The notes under the pieces are model-generated. The model searched no databases, was not told where the DNA came from, and worked only from the letters and a program-made list of their open reading frames with translations. DNA of 64,000 nucleotides from Adineta vaga (lineage: Eukaryota > Animalia > Rotifera), in the NCBI GenBank assembly GCA_021613535.1, contig CP075492.1:16926001-16990000 (forward strand), written 5' to 3'. Shown here one piece after another: positions 1 to 11,577 of this stretch; the first letter of the stretch is position 1, and the number at the start of each line of letters is the position of its first letter. A program made the translations under genes and the position numbers.

Positions 1-834
1 GCTAATTCCTTCCTTCGCTACTTTTCCTTTCGGAATGAGCTGTTCACACGCTTTTCCTTTCGGAATGCGTTTGTCGGGATGGTGCGATGGTATTATAAAA
101 TTAACTGAGTTTGCCATCTGCGTCACCATACCGATCCGTGTACCTTCCGAAAGTGTTTGTCGTCGATTCGTTGCATTTATGATACTAATCGTGGCTTTTC
201 CGTCGTTGATATTAAGTAATGTACATGCCATAAATAATGCTTTACGTTGTAAACAAGGATTTGGTTCAAACAATGCATCGATCATCTTCTCTTGTTGTAG
301 TTGAGCTTCGATAACATGTTCTGAAAAAGGAGAAAGTGTAATATAATTAACTAGTGTTGCTGGATAGTTCAAAATTGGTGGTTTTATAAAAGGAGTTGAT
401 ACTTCTCTACCTCGTTTTTTCATCATAATTCGCTTTTCGGGAGTTAATATGTATACATTGTTTGTTTGAATCCAATCACTACCAAGTATTAAATTTGTAA
501 CGAGATTTGTTGCTACATCAGCAGTCACTTGAGTCGTAATTCCTTCGATGTTGATGAATAATGTTACTTCGCCGATAATGTTCACTGCTGAGCAACTGGC
601 TGATAGATGATTCTTTAGTCGTGGTATAAATTGTTTGTGCGGGATCTTGTTCAATAGACGTTTGTGAATTATTGTGATGGCCGATCCTGTATCGATTAGT
701 GCTTCTTGTGGAGTATTATTGCATAAGATTTTGACAAAGATTGGATTGTATGTTGCAGTTGTTGTTGTCGATGATGATGACTTTTGAACTCCCCAAGGAT
801 CGTCGCCATCAACCGATCCCTTTACTCGAAAAAA
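1..834 (-). CDS. pol: pol polyprotein N-terminus (aspartic protease), open to the window edge
   Basis: The frame -1 to gag reads FRVKGSVDGDDPWG...NTPQEALIDTGSAITIIH...NLILGSDWI..., with no stop before position 1. The ORF track misses it. Confidence 0.88.
795..834 (-). promoter_or_regulatory. -1 programmed ribosomal frameshift signal (gag/pol)
   Basis: Slippery heptamer T TTT TTC (828-834) precedes the gag stop. A stem-loop GGATCG...CGATCC (819-797) starts 6-8 nt downstream, and pol lies in the -1 frame. Confidence 0.8.
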
Positions 835-1837
835 TAACGTTGCGGACAATCACGTATTCGATGATTTGACTGTCCACATCTAAAGCAACCATCTTCCTTC
901 TTATAGAAGCATTGCATCGTCGAATGGTTCGTTCGATTGCAGATTAAACATGGTTTCGACGTGTTGAGTCGTGTTCCGTCGATTATTTGGTTGTTGTCGT
1001 ACTGTACTTGAACGTCGTTCATATGGTTGATATTCCTGTTGATTTCCACCGGTATGTTGTTGTGCGTATCGGCGATGCGATGATGATTGTTGAATTGTTG
1101 CCGTCGGTAATGTTGATTCGAAATATGGTATTTGTGTTGCTGCTCGTGGTGGTGTATTGCGTTGTTGAATTCGTCGTTGTATATGTTCTTCTTCCCTTGC
1201 CATCAGCAGCCATTCTTCGGGTTTCGAGATATTAACTTCATTTCGAATTAATTGTTCCTTCAATGAATGTTTCACACCTGCTTGTAGTACCGTAATGATT
1301 TGTTTTTCAGTAACTAATCCACTTGCTTTTCGATATTTGCGCATAACCATATCGTAAAATGCTGTAGTTGATTGATCTTCTTCTTGGTCGAAGCTGGAAG
1401 AATTCTTGTACTAATTGACCATCTGACGTGAATGTTTTGAATCGATCTCGTAATGCTTCTTCTGCTTCCTTCCAATCACCAAATGATGTTAAATTTCCTT
1501 GATACCATCGTAATGCTGATCCGGTTAATTTTCCCATCGTCAACAATATTTTTGTTTCATCTTGTAATTGCATTAGCGAGAATAAATTAGTTAGATCATA
1601 TAACCATTCATCAATATCCAATTCATTAGATTCTCCCGAATACTCATTAATTTTCTTCATGGCTTCCTGTTGACTGGAATGTAATTGTCGAAGTTCCATC
1701 GAGTTCACATCGGTCGAGGTATTTTTCGTTGCTCCCATCAGCATCGAGGTGTTTTTCGTCATCGTATCGTCCGAGTGCGTTTCGTTCGTCGAGGTATTGT
1801 TTAATGCGGTGTCTTTCGTCATGTTGTGTATAGACAA
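822..1837 (-). pseudogene. gag: gag (retrotransposon capsid + two CCHC zinc knuckles), split by two frameshifts
   Basis: Overlapping ORFs 1307..1837, 901..1350 and 822..1049. Motifs LTGSALRWY...W..AEEALRDRF, CLICNRTNHSTMQC and CFRCGQSNHRIRDC. Frameshifts near 1387 and about 970 are decay or assembly error. Confidence 0.85.
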
Positions 1838-2174
1838 ATTTTTCGTGTGTTTTGCCGACGTGTTTGTTTTGATGATTACGTTATTATTTCGTATGGATAA
1901 AGGTTTGCACTTATTCTCTTTGTTCTTCTTCGAATGCCGTCAGCCGTGTTCGTATAGATATTTTCAAAGAATGAAAGCGAATCGTATATGTGAAGAATAC
2001 TATACCTTCTTCGACTGAATAATTTCAGTAATTATAATTAATAATTTTGATTGATGAATTCACCTGACTCTCTTTCCGTCACGGATGAAATAATAATCAC
2101 TCTTTCCTGATGAAGGATGAGTTTATAAAGACCTGGTACTTGATTCTTTTTCGATGGAAAAAAATAGAAAAAGA

Positions 2175-2189
2175 CCGGTCACGGCACCA
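2175..2189 (-). promoter_or_regulatory. primer-binding site, complementary to the tRNA-His 3' end
   Basis: TGGTGCCGTGACCGG lies 3 nt downstream of the LTR end (...CTAACA). Confidence 0.8.
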
Positions 2190-2192
2190 ATA

Positions 2193-2370
2193 TGTTAGCT
2201 CGTATTCGAGCTGACGATGTTTATTTATATAAAATAAAAACCTAACTAACCTCTTCATACAAGAACACACATATATATATATATGTATAGAAGAATAGAA
2301 AACAAAGATAACAAGGTAGATAGAGAGAGAGAGAGAAAAAGATAGAATTCCGAGAGCTGCTACGTTAACA
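2193..2370 (-). repeat. 5' LTR (about 178 bp)
   Basis: Bounded by TGTTA...TAACA, with a TATA-like tract and AATAAA, and adjacent to the PBS. The distal boundary is inferred because the second LTR is outside the window. Confidence 0.65.
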
Positions 2371-2564
2371 GAAGAATTAGAAACAAGAATAATAAAATTA
2401 GAAAGTAAGTGTTGAAGATCGAAACTAACGGATAATATCAATATCAATTCGATTTAGATTAATAATGATAAGCAGTCTTTTGCCTATTTTTGTTGATCTA
2501 AACCAAACCGGAATTGAATGAAACCGAAAATTTCGATTTTTATGACGTTCTCCTTCACTTTCAG

Positions 2565-3076
2565 GCTTGAATAATCGACGAATAATTCAGTTTGACGACG
2601 TCTGTAATAACGCTCGGATTGACCAAAAAGAAAGTGGAAACATCACCCGCGATTATGCCAATTTCATTTGGAATAATTTGTATTATCGACGTATTACTAA
2701 TGCAACTGGCCGAGATGAGGGTGCGAGGAATGTAAACTCAACAAATCGAAATACTTGCCTTGAGATGAATGCGTTTACACACGGCCAAGAATATGTGGCT
2801 TCATGCGATTTCAATTCATCTCAATTTGCAACAATTAGAAGTTCAAACGGAACATTTAATATTCATTCATTTGACGCTAATACGATGGCTCCACTATTAG
2901 AAATTGCAGTGAAAGGATTGAATAATAATAATAATTTATATGAGAAAAATGTTTTTTTAACGAACAATTCAACAAGAATTAGTCTTGAATGGTTCAATAT
3001 TGATATGATTCAGTTTCAGCTAGGACAAAACCGTCGTGGTACGCAAATGCGGATCAGCCGTTTGACACTGTCATAG
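2565..3076 (+). CDS. terminal exon of a hypothetical protein (IQFDD...YANFIWNN...FNIHSFDAN beta-rich extracellular-type domain)
   Basis: A pyrimidine tract and AG acceptor (2563-2564) precede a 169-codon open frame, with AATAAA at about 3097. No upstream exons are visible between it and the LTR. Confidence 0.55.
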
Positions 3077-3156
3077 TTTATTTATATTGTTTCGGAATAA
3101 ATATTTAATTATATAACCAAAGCAATGCATTTAGAATATGTGGTTGTAACGAAGGG

Positions 3157-3207
3157 GTGTGGGTGTGGGTATAAGTGTGTTCAACCGAGATATACCCACA
3201 CCCGCAC
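3157..3207. repeat. telomere-like palindrome (GGGTGT/ACACCC family), copy
   Basis: GTGTGGGTGTGGGTATA (3157-3173) pairs with TATACCCACACCCGCAC (3191-3207), with one mismatch. Confidence 0.85.
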
Positions 3208-3402
3208 TCAAGATTCTAGTTAAATCAAATAAAGTAAACAGAATCATATCTAATTGAATTATTATTATTATTATTATTCACATATTATGACCTTTCAATA
3301 CAACTGTTAAACATCGAAATGCCAGAACTAGCTCATCCGGCCACCCTCACCCTTTCCTGTCACAAAGCCTCTCTTAACAATACGACACATTCCGGCAGAA
3401 TA

Positions 3403-4712
3403 ACGGGTGTTACAAAAAGAATGGCGTAGTTTTTATTTTCAACTTTTCTCCTCTCCGTTTAAACTTAGAGGAGTCATTTTTTTACTAAAAGAATCTCCAT
3501 CAAATTCTCTACAAAACTATATACTACAAGCTTTTTAAAAATTCTAGATATCTTAAAAAAAGATGAAAAGTAAAGATCTTCGAAATGTCGTAAAAATTAA
3601 ACGTGAAAATGGTGAAGGTGCAACAAAGATCTTCCGCGACTTGAGCGGTGCAGTATCGTTTCGAACAATTCAAAGATGGGTACAAATGGTCGACAACACC
3701 GGCGCTATCGAACTGGCCAAATCTTCTGGTCGACCACGTACTGCTCGAGGAAAGGCGAACATCAAAAAGGTGAAGCATCGGTTAAATCGAAAAAGGCGGG
3801 TGTCAACCAGAAAGTTGGGCAAGGAATTAAATATATCGAATGCAAGTGTCCACCGGATATTGCACAAAGATCTAGGATGCTTTCCGTACAAAATGATCCA
3901 AGAACCTGCCATCACCGACCTTCAGAAGGAAAAACGTGTTAAATTTGCAAATTGGGTCTTAAACAATTTTAAAAAAAATGAAACAAAAAATTGGCTGTTT
4001 TCGGACGAAAAAATGTTCGACTTAGATGGTATGTATAATTCCCAGAACGATCGGGTGTGGGCGGTAAGTCGCCGAGAAGCTGATAAACAGGGTGGCGTGA
4101 AAAAGAAACACAAATTTCCGACTAAAGTGATGGTTTGGTTGGGTGCGTGTTGTGAAGGGTTAACATCACTCATCATCCTGGACAATGGGACAGTAAATCA
4201 TGAACGTTATATAAAAGAAGTACTTCCGGTGGCTTTGAAATGTGGAAATAAGATGATGGGGAAGAACTGGACATTTCAACAAGACGGGGCCACCCCACAC
4301 ACACATCACCAGACTCAGCAATGGTGTGCCGACAATATGCCTGCATTTGTGCCTTATGATCGGTGGCCACCAAATTCACCAGATTTAAACCCATTGGATT
4401 ACAGCATCTGGAACGAATTTGCTCAGACAATGAACTGGGAACATGTACGAACAAAAGCCACGCTGATTCAAGAATTAAAACTCGCTGTGAAAAAAATGCC
4501 GGTCCAAAATGTTTTAAATTCTGTTGAAAACTTTACTGTACGATTGCGCCTTATTTTAAAAAATAAAGGAGATTATATTCGTTGAGTATAATATACCGTT
4601 TGGTAGAGAATTGAATGGCGATTCTTTTGGTAAGAAAATGACTCCTGTAAGTTCAAAGGGAGAGGAGAAAAGTTGAAAATGAAAACTACGCCATTCTTTT
4701 TGTAACACCCGT
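3403..4712 (+). mobile_element. Tc1/mariner superfamily, DD37D (maT) DNA transposon, apparently complete
   Basis: Termini ACGGGTGTTACAAAAAGAATGGCGTAGTTTT at both ends, extending as an imperfect TIR of about 130 bp. TA target duplication at 3401-3402 and 4713-4714. Confidence 0.95.
3563..4585 (+). CDS. DD37D transposase, 340 aa, intact
   Basis: N-terminal HTH with a GRPR motif, then FSDEK, QQDGATPH and SPDLNPLDY. There are 37 residues between the second and third catalytic Asp. Confidence 0.95.
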   Translation: MKSKDLRNVVKIKRENGEGATKIFRDLSGAVSFRTIQRWVQMVDNTGAIELAKSSGRPRTARGKANIKKVKHRLNRKRRVSTRKLGKELNISNASVHRILHKDLGCFPYKMIQEPAITDLQKEKRVKFANWVLNNFKKNETKNWLFSDEKMFDLDGMYNSQNDRVWAVSRREADKQGGVKKKHKFPTKVMVWLGACCEGLTSLIILDNGTVNHERYIKEVLPVALKCGNKMMGKNWTFQQDGATPHTHHQTQQWCADNMPAFVPYDRWPPNSPDLNPLDYSIWNEFAQTMNWEHVRTKATLIQELKLAVKKMPVQNVLNSVENFTVRLRLILKNKGDYIR

Positions 4713-5041
4713 TATGATGTCATTAGAATATAACAAACATGTATTTCATTGATAATTCCCTCGACTGAAAGGAGGTTCATATGAAAAAAAATAGTTTGTA
4801 TGTTTGTGGGTGTCAGGGTCAAAGGTCAAAGTTTATTATTGACAAACAGCAGTATTGATGATTTTGAAAATTATTAGAATGGGAATGGGAAACGAAAACA
4901 TTTGTTCCCGTAGGATACTAGTTCACATCCAAATTCACGTTTTAGTACTATAGTCAATATATGCTTTGATATACATTCGTGCTTATTTTCACCATACTCA
5001 ATGAAGTGTTAAAGTACGTGAGACAATAATGTTTTGGAAAG

Positions 5042-5536
5042 TTATAAAAGAGATGCAGAATCTCTCGTATAAGTCAAATGAACGAAAAGACACCAAGGAA
5101 AAGGAACATGAAGTCGATCCACTTCCATTTCGTCTAGCATTTGGTTATTGTCGTTTACTATACTTAATCGATGTTCGTCACATTTTATTGTCAAAATAAA
5201 CGCTAAATTGTCTTGAAAGTTTGTCATTTGATCATTGTCAAAAAATCCATTTTTTACCCGATAACCACCTGCCGTCCAACCATATGAAGAAGGACTCAAA
5301 TCGTAGCGATTTCCTGCGTGCTTCATTGGCTCTGGTATTATATTCCTTGAGCGAATCCCAAAAAACGCACGGCCAGTTGCCTGGATTCGAATACTATGAG
5401 TACCGGATGAATAGGAGTTACGACCAAGGACACCATGGGCGGCTCCCAATTTTATCATGCTTTTGCACGTTCCTCCAGCGTCTGTTAATGAAAACGCGTC
5501 TTCGTGAAGTGTATAAACTTTTTTGGAATTTTTCAT
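5042..5536 (-). CDS. hypothetical protein with a SPRY/B30.2-like beta-sandwich
   Basis: 164-aa ORF with a YSSGTHSIRIQ...FFGI...SSYGW...LTIKCDEHRL...PWCLFV pattern. The fold assignment is inference. Confidence 0.55.
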   Translation of the reverse strand: MKNSKKVYTLHEDAFSLTDAGGTCKSMIKLGAAHGVLGRNSYSSGTHSIRIQATGRAFFGIRSRNIIPEPMKHAGNRYDLSPSSYGWTAGGYRVKNGFFDNDQMTNFQDNLAFILTIKCDEHRLSIVNDNNQMLDEMEVDRLHVPFPWCLFVHLTYTRDSASLL

Positions 5537-6602
5537 CGTTGACTTTGTGCATCATATTGATTTTGTTTACTACATGAATAAGAAACTTATGGTTGCGTAC
5601 GTGTTTGAAACTTACTGAAGATGTCGCATATAATATGCTGAATATTTTAAAAGCAATTCGGACACTTCAGATCACATTGATGTGCGATCGAATTTTGATA
5701 GTAAATTAATAAAATTTACTGATTCTTCTGGATTAATTTGTGAAAGACATGATTGTGCCGATAGATCATATATTAGACGTTCACAATATAATGTTTCCAC
5801 TTATCAAGAAGATGTGTTAGTCATATTTTCTTATTCACACAATTACATGTGTATATTAAATGTGATCTAATGTTTTATGTAATATTAGATTAGAACAAGG
5901 TTATACGAGCATCGGATGCGCGTCTTAATGTTATAAATCATTAGATGAAACATGAGTAGTTCGATCCAAGGACTATGTTAATGTAGATGCAAATTGTTCT
6001 ATCCAAGACGTTCATTCTCGTTCAACCTTATGCTTGCATCTTTTTCTCTTCTTCCATGAACTAATTGTATCGTTCCTTTTTCTCTCTATCTCTCCTCCCT
6101 ATATAAACTTATGTTGTATGTGAAATAGTTATATTTGGATGTAGTGCATAGCCGAATAAGCATCAAGCCCGAAAATGGGAATAAAGGCAAATAAGTCTCT
6201 TCATTTGTCAGTAACGTTACAAGAGAATGAAGAAGTTGCTCAAGTAAGATTCAATACTGTACAAAACAGTAGAGCTATATACTTCTTCAATATCATCTTA
6301 TTTACCATCATCATTCTTTCTATTCTCTTTTTTTGGTTACAATGATGCATAGTAATAAAATAGTATAAGACGATTATTAGTTTTGTTTACGATCTGGATA
6401 AGGACAAGAGTCTACTCAATACAACACTCTCGACTACATCACATTCATCCTCGAGTCATATAGTAGCAAAACGCCACACATTGGCGACAACTAGTTATAT
6501 TTTTATTAAACGAACGTAAAAGAAATCTTTTTTTAAATATGAATACTTTGTGGCGAATCTATTAAGAAACAAGCAGCCATCTCTCTTTCAGTGATTAGAA
6601 TG

Positions 6603-6917
6603 CTATTTGCACCGGCAAAAATCGAATCCGTTGTTTCGACTATGACTGCCAAAATGATAAAAAGCATAGTAACTACATGTGACACTAGGTCCGTTAGGAC
6701 GACGATACCAATTATCGGGATTGAAGAAAGTATAAGATAGACCAAGAGAGAAGAGCTCAGAATCACGATCAAAATCGCCAGTATAATACGAATCGCAGTA
6801 TTTACCACAACGTGGACAAGGATTTCCATGACACTTAGGTCGCTCTATTTTTTCTGGTGTAGACGATAACTCGTTGGTTGAAACAGTCGGGGATATAATA
6901 TCTAGGAAGGAATACAT
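6603..6917 (-). CDS. small Cys-rich hypothetical protein (probably a terminal exon)
   Basis: KCHGNPCPRCGKYCD...C...CRCK suggests zinc binding. A possible acceptor (ttcctag) lies near 6902. Confidence 0.45.
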   Translation of the reverse strand: MYSFLDIISPTVSTNELSSTPEKIERPKCHGNPCPRCGKYCDSYYTGDFDRDSELFSLGLSYTFFNPDNWYRRPNGPSVTCSYYAFYHFGSHSRNNGFDFCRCK

Positions 6918-7643
6918 ATACTAATTTCGATTATCTGATGTTTATATACTTTAGAGAAGTTTAAAAGTTTATGTAGAAATGTCAGTCCTGATATCAATTA
7001 GAGGTTTGAGAAAATCTCATCAAGTTTGATCTTAAATAGCGTTTTTAATGAATATTTAACTTTAATACAAACCCAAAGTACCACATCTTATCTATGGTCT
7101 TAAGTTGGTTTCAATTCTGCTTTTCTTAATAGTGATAAAGATACACGCGCATCACTTACCACTGTCCGATTCATTAGTATTTATAGTTTTCGTTATGTCT
7201 GATAGTGAATTTGCCATCGTTATGCGCTAAATAAGATGGAGCAATTGATCTAAAACAAAAGAAGCACAAAATATATCTATTAGTGGGATAATATATTCTT
7301 CTCTAATTGTCATCAAAGAAAATGTGTCATGTCAGTAGAATTTCTCACTTTACGTCATATGTGAATTTGTATTGTATAAACTTGACAACGTTATTATCAA
7401 AATTCTGCAAAAATTTGATCGAAGTTAAAAGAGAGAAAAAGGCATGCACACGTTTTTGTATAGACTAAATGTACCGACATTCATTAAAGACAAAAAAACA
7501 GTAATGTAGTTAGATAGAGAACCGACAAAAAAGAACAGACGCAAATGCATAAAGAAAAGGTAAAACGGGTAGATGTATTCATGTTCAACAAAGAAAGCAA
7601 AAGTAAAAATCCGTGTGCATGAATGGAGTTTGTCAGAAATATA

Positions 7644-8821
7644 TTAGGTTGGCAACTAAGTTCTTGCGTTTTTTTTTGAAAATGTTCTAAAATATTCGAG
7701 AAAGTTCTAGAAGTTTCCATACTAAAGGTATGTAAAGGGAGTGTGAATGTCTTTCGAATGATAATAAATTCATCGATATGGAAGCTGATCATGATTTGAA
7801 AATCAATCTTTCTCGTAGAGAGATTCGAGCTTTTACTTGTACTCTCATGAATTCGTACAAGGCACGGAGCATTGGTTCAATCGTTTTAAGAACGTTAACT
7901 TAGAACTCGACGATTTACCTCGATCCGGTAGACCATTGGAACTGGATGTGGATCCCTTAAAGCAGCTCATCGAACAAGATCCTCGATTGACCTCACGGTA
8001 TTTAGCAGAGCAGCTTGGGTGCTCCCATACTGCGGTGGAAAAACATCTGAACGAATTAGGCAAGACATAGAAATATGGAGTTTGGATACCTCATGAGTTA
8101 TCACCACAACAGCTCCAATGCAGGGTTTATGCTTGTATGGATTTAATGACGTCTCATCGCAACTATAAATGGCTACGCAATCTTATCACTGGCGATGAGA
8201 AGTGGGTGTTGTATGTTAACTACACGCACAGACGTCAGTGGCTAAGTTGTAGTCAAACAGGCGTAGCAACACCAAATGCTGATCTACACCCTAAGATGGT
8301 GATGTTAAGTGTTTGGTGGGGTGTCAATGGAATCGTTCACTGGGAAATTCTACCTGATGGTTGTACTATCACTGCTGACCTATACTGTCGACAATTGAAT
8401 CGAGTTGCAGAAGAACTCAAGGGGAAGCAGGATCGAATTTACTATTTACACGATAATGCCAGACCCCATGTTGCAAAGTCGACCTGTGAAAATTATTAAG
8501 TCTCGGATGGATTACCATTCCTCATCCACCTTATTCTCCTGACTTGGCACCAACAGATTATCACTTGTTTCGTTCTCTATCTCATCATTTGCGTGAGAAA
8601 AAGTTCCAGGATGAGAACGACATGAAAATGGACATTGTCAACTTCTTTGGTCAAAAGTCTCAGGACTTCTACGAAAGTGGGATCCTATCTCTGCCAGAGC
8701 GTTGGCGACAGGTCATAGATAGTAGTGGTGCATATATAACTGAAAGCTAGTTATACTTTTGAAGTTTAAAAATAAAAATAAAATTTTTGAAAAAAACGCA
8801 AAAACTTAGTTGCCAACCTAA
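7644..8821 (+). mobile_element. mariner (DD34D) element with an inactivated transposase
   Basis: TIR TTAGGTTGGCAACTAAGTT(C/T)TTGCGTTTTTTT at both ends, with TA duplication (7642-7643, 8822-8823). Motifs WIPHEL, TGDEKW, HDNARPH and YSPDLAPTDYHLF. Nonsense TAG at 8068-8070, a frameshift near 8490 and an N-terminal deletion. Confidence 0.95.
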
Positions 8822-8983
8822 TATTATTATTAGAGATTTAGATTTTGTTTGAATTTTGCAGAGAAAAAAAGAATACTGATACAATTGTTATAATTCCAGA
8901 ATAAAATAAAAAGAGATAATAAAACGAGCATGCATAAAAGTTTAAATATGAGTTCAATCAGTTATGTTTTAGTTTCATAATAA

Positions 8984-10652
8984 TCATCCACATAATTCTG
9001 CATTGAACAAGGGATGTACTTCGTTATCTAACCCACCAGCAACTAAAACTCGCCGGTTAGCCATTATTGTTGCTGTATGGTAACCTCGCATTGTATTCAT
9101 ATTATTGGCTCTTGTCCAACGGCCAGACACTGGGTCGTATATCTCCGTACTATTCACATAGACACCATTACTGATTCCACCCACAACTAACACTTTCCCT
9201 TCAGGTAGAAGAGATGCTGTATGCCGTTGTCGTGGAATTGTCATATTACCAGTTTTACTCCAAAGGCCTGTAGCTGGATCATATATTTCAACAGTCTCCG
9301 TATAGTATTTATTATGAGCTCTCCCACCTGTAACAAGGACTTTTCCGCTAATTAAAACAGTAGCCGTGTGTCGGGCTCGCGCTAAACTCATATTACCAGT
9401 TTTGCTCCACACTCCTGTGTTCAAATCGAATACCTCTGCACTATTTAACAGACCAATTGAGGACTCTCCGCCGGCCACCAAAACTTGGCCATTGGCTAAT
9501 ACAGACGCTGTATGTAAGGTACGATCGATACTCATACTATTAGTTACTGTCCACAATCCTGTCGATGGATTGTAGAGTTCAGTACTACTCAAACTGGTCA
9601 TACTGGAATTTCCACCGGTGACTAAAACTTGTCCATTTGTAAGTACAGATGCTGTGTGAGTGTCTCGTTCCACGGTCATATTTCCAGTCATCGTGCATGA
9701 TCCTGACGATGAATCAAACAACTCTGCAGTATTTGGGCTACTGCCATTACCCTTTCCACCTGAAATCAATACTTGACCATTAGTTAGTAAAGATAATGTA
9801 TGGTAAGCACGTGCGAAAAACATGTTGCCAGTCCTATTCCACAGACCTTCTGCTCTATTGTATACTTGCGTAATTAACGCAGCAGAACTTCCACCAACCA
9901 CAAGTACATTTTGATTTTTTAGCAAAACTGCTGCATGTGCATAGCATCCAGCTGTCATGTTAATAGTACTTGACCATCCTGAAAAAAATAAATTAGTTGT
10001 AGCGAACAAATTTTAAATCTATTTAGATTCCGCATAACATGGCACTCATCCAGTCTCAATCGTTCAGTGCAATGGTATTATTATATATTAGAATTCGACT
10101 TCGTATACGTACGCTATTGCTTAATAAAATTATGGTGAAGGAAATTCAAGAGTGTATCTGTTTTTCTAAGATATCCTATCTGAACTTTAGTATTTTTCTA
10201 CGTTGAATTTCGTCTCATCGCACATATAGTATACTCAATATTGAGAATAAGCTTTCGAAAAAAACCTTTTATACTTAAACGGCTATTTAATTTGTTAAGA
10301 GAAGTGTTCAGAATTGTAATGAATATCTTACGTGGAATATTGTCTATTGAATTCTCGTTCAATGATGGACATTGTTGAGGAGAAGCACGTTCTAATGGGT
10401 AACAAACAGGATGACTACAATGTGTGTTATTGACACATATGGTATTAGGTATTGAACATGTCTTATTATCATTTTCACATGGTTGTAAATTGTTGCATGG
10501 CATCACTGCATCGGCACATATTCCTCCTTCAGTCAATGTCATCCACAAACATTCACAATCCGAATTCGTTGAACATCGAGTTGTTTCTGATTGAGAGTAT
10601 GCAGCTGGAGAACATCCACAGCTAGACGATTGTGCATTGACTATCCCTTGGT
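8984..10652 (-). CDS. Cys-rich module + Kelch (galactose-oxidase-like) beta-propeller; 5' exon uncertain
   Basis: Exon 10652-10332 (Cys module) splices in phase 1 to exon 9978-8984, which holds about 7 repeats of R..HTA.vL.NG.VLV.GG...ElYdP..G.W. Confidence 0.8.
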
Positions 10653-11526
10653 CTGAAAATCAAGTTTTATCAGTTGAAAAACAGATAGTAAGTAAATCTC
10701 AAAATGGTATAGAATAAATCGTACCTGTAATAAAATGGAGAACATATCTGAAAAATAAACATAAGAATATTGCAGCATTGATTTATCTTGAAACAAACAC
10801 TTACACTATTATCACCGCTAGATAGCTGATAACTTGTTGCATTGTTGCTATTGTATACGTTTAATTTGTTTGTAATAATTTCTGGCTGAAACATGAATAA
10901 AGAAAGTTATTGAAAATGTGATAATAATTGTGAAGACAATGATATAAAATAGAAAAAGAACAGCAGTTTTGTGAATTATAAATAGTTCGTCCATTGAAAA
11001 AGTATTCACCATAGACTTAAGATTGATTCTATTTGCACGATTAGGATTAGTATATTTGAGAAGAGAATAAAAACAATGCTATCTAGATAGGATAATATTC
11101 TTTCAAGTGTTAAGAAACAAAGAAAAGAAGAATAAAGCTCGAATGAGATGAGTACTAACAGTCTGAAAGTAAAAAAATCTGCTTAAAATCCGATAACTCT
11201 TGCGTGGGTGTGGATGATGAGTGTTGTTTCGGTGTGAAATGAATGTAGCATATAGGTTTTTTTCATCGGTTTATATACCATATAATAAAATTATTTACGT
11301 ATTCACTGAACCATAACTATAATTTTTTTTCCCAACATATACTCATCGAAGGATTCGTATATTTGCGTGTCTTTCGAACTTGACACTCGTCGACATGATT
11401 AATTACAGGTATGTTATTGGATTATAATAGAGGTTTTTAGCGTCATTACAATTTTTGTTGGAAAAATCCTACTTCCTTACCTTGTTTTACTTACTCATTA
11501 TTACCTTATAGTGATGCAATCGTTGC

Positions 11527-11577
11527 TTGAGGATGCGGATGAGAGTATATTCTCTTGACTCTCATTCACATCCTCAA
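11527..11577. repeat. telomere-like palindrome family, diverged copy
   Basis: TTGAGGATGCGGATGAGAGT pairs with ACTCTCATTCACATCCTCAA (20-bp arms, 2 mismatches). Confidence 0.75.

Larger units (their letters stand above)
1..2370 (-). mobile_element. Ty3/Gypsy-type LTR retrotransposon, 5' half (runs off the window start)
   Basis: In order on the minus strand: TG...CA-bounded LTR, PBS, gag with two CCHC knuckles, slippery site plus hairpin, and retroviral aspartic protease (ALIDTGSAITII). Confidence 0.92.

Noticed and set aside
20-68. Direct repeat CTTTTCCTTTCGGAATG
   Set aside because: A small in-frame duplication (IPKGK twice) inside pol, with no separate function evident.
35-2447. ORFs 35..304, 987..1235, 1749..2018 (plus strand) and 1019..1213, 2097..2447 (minus strand)
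   Set aside because: Antisense or alternate-frame shadows of gag/pol or LTR low-complexity sequence, with no motifs.
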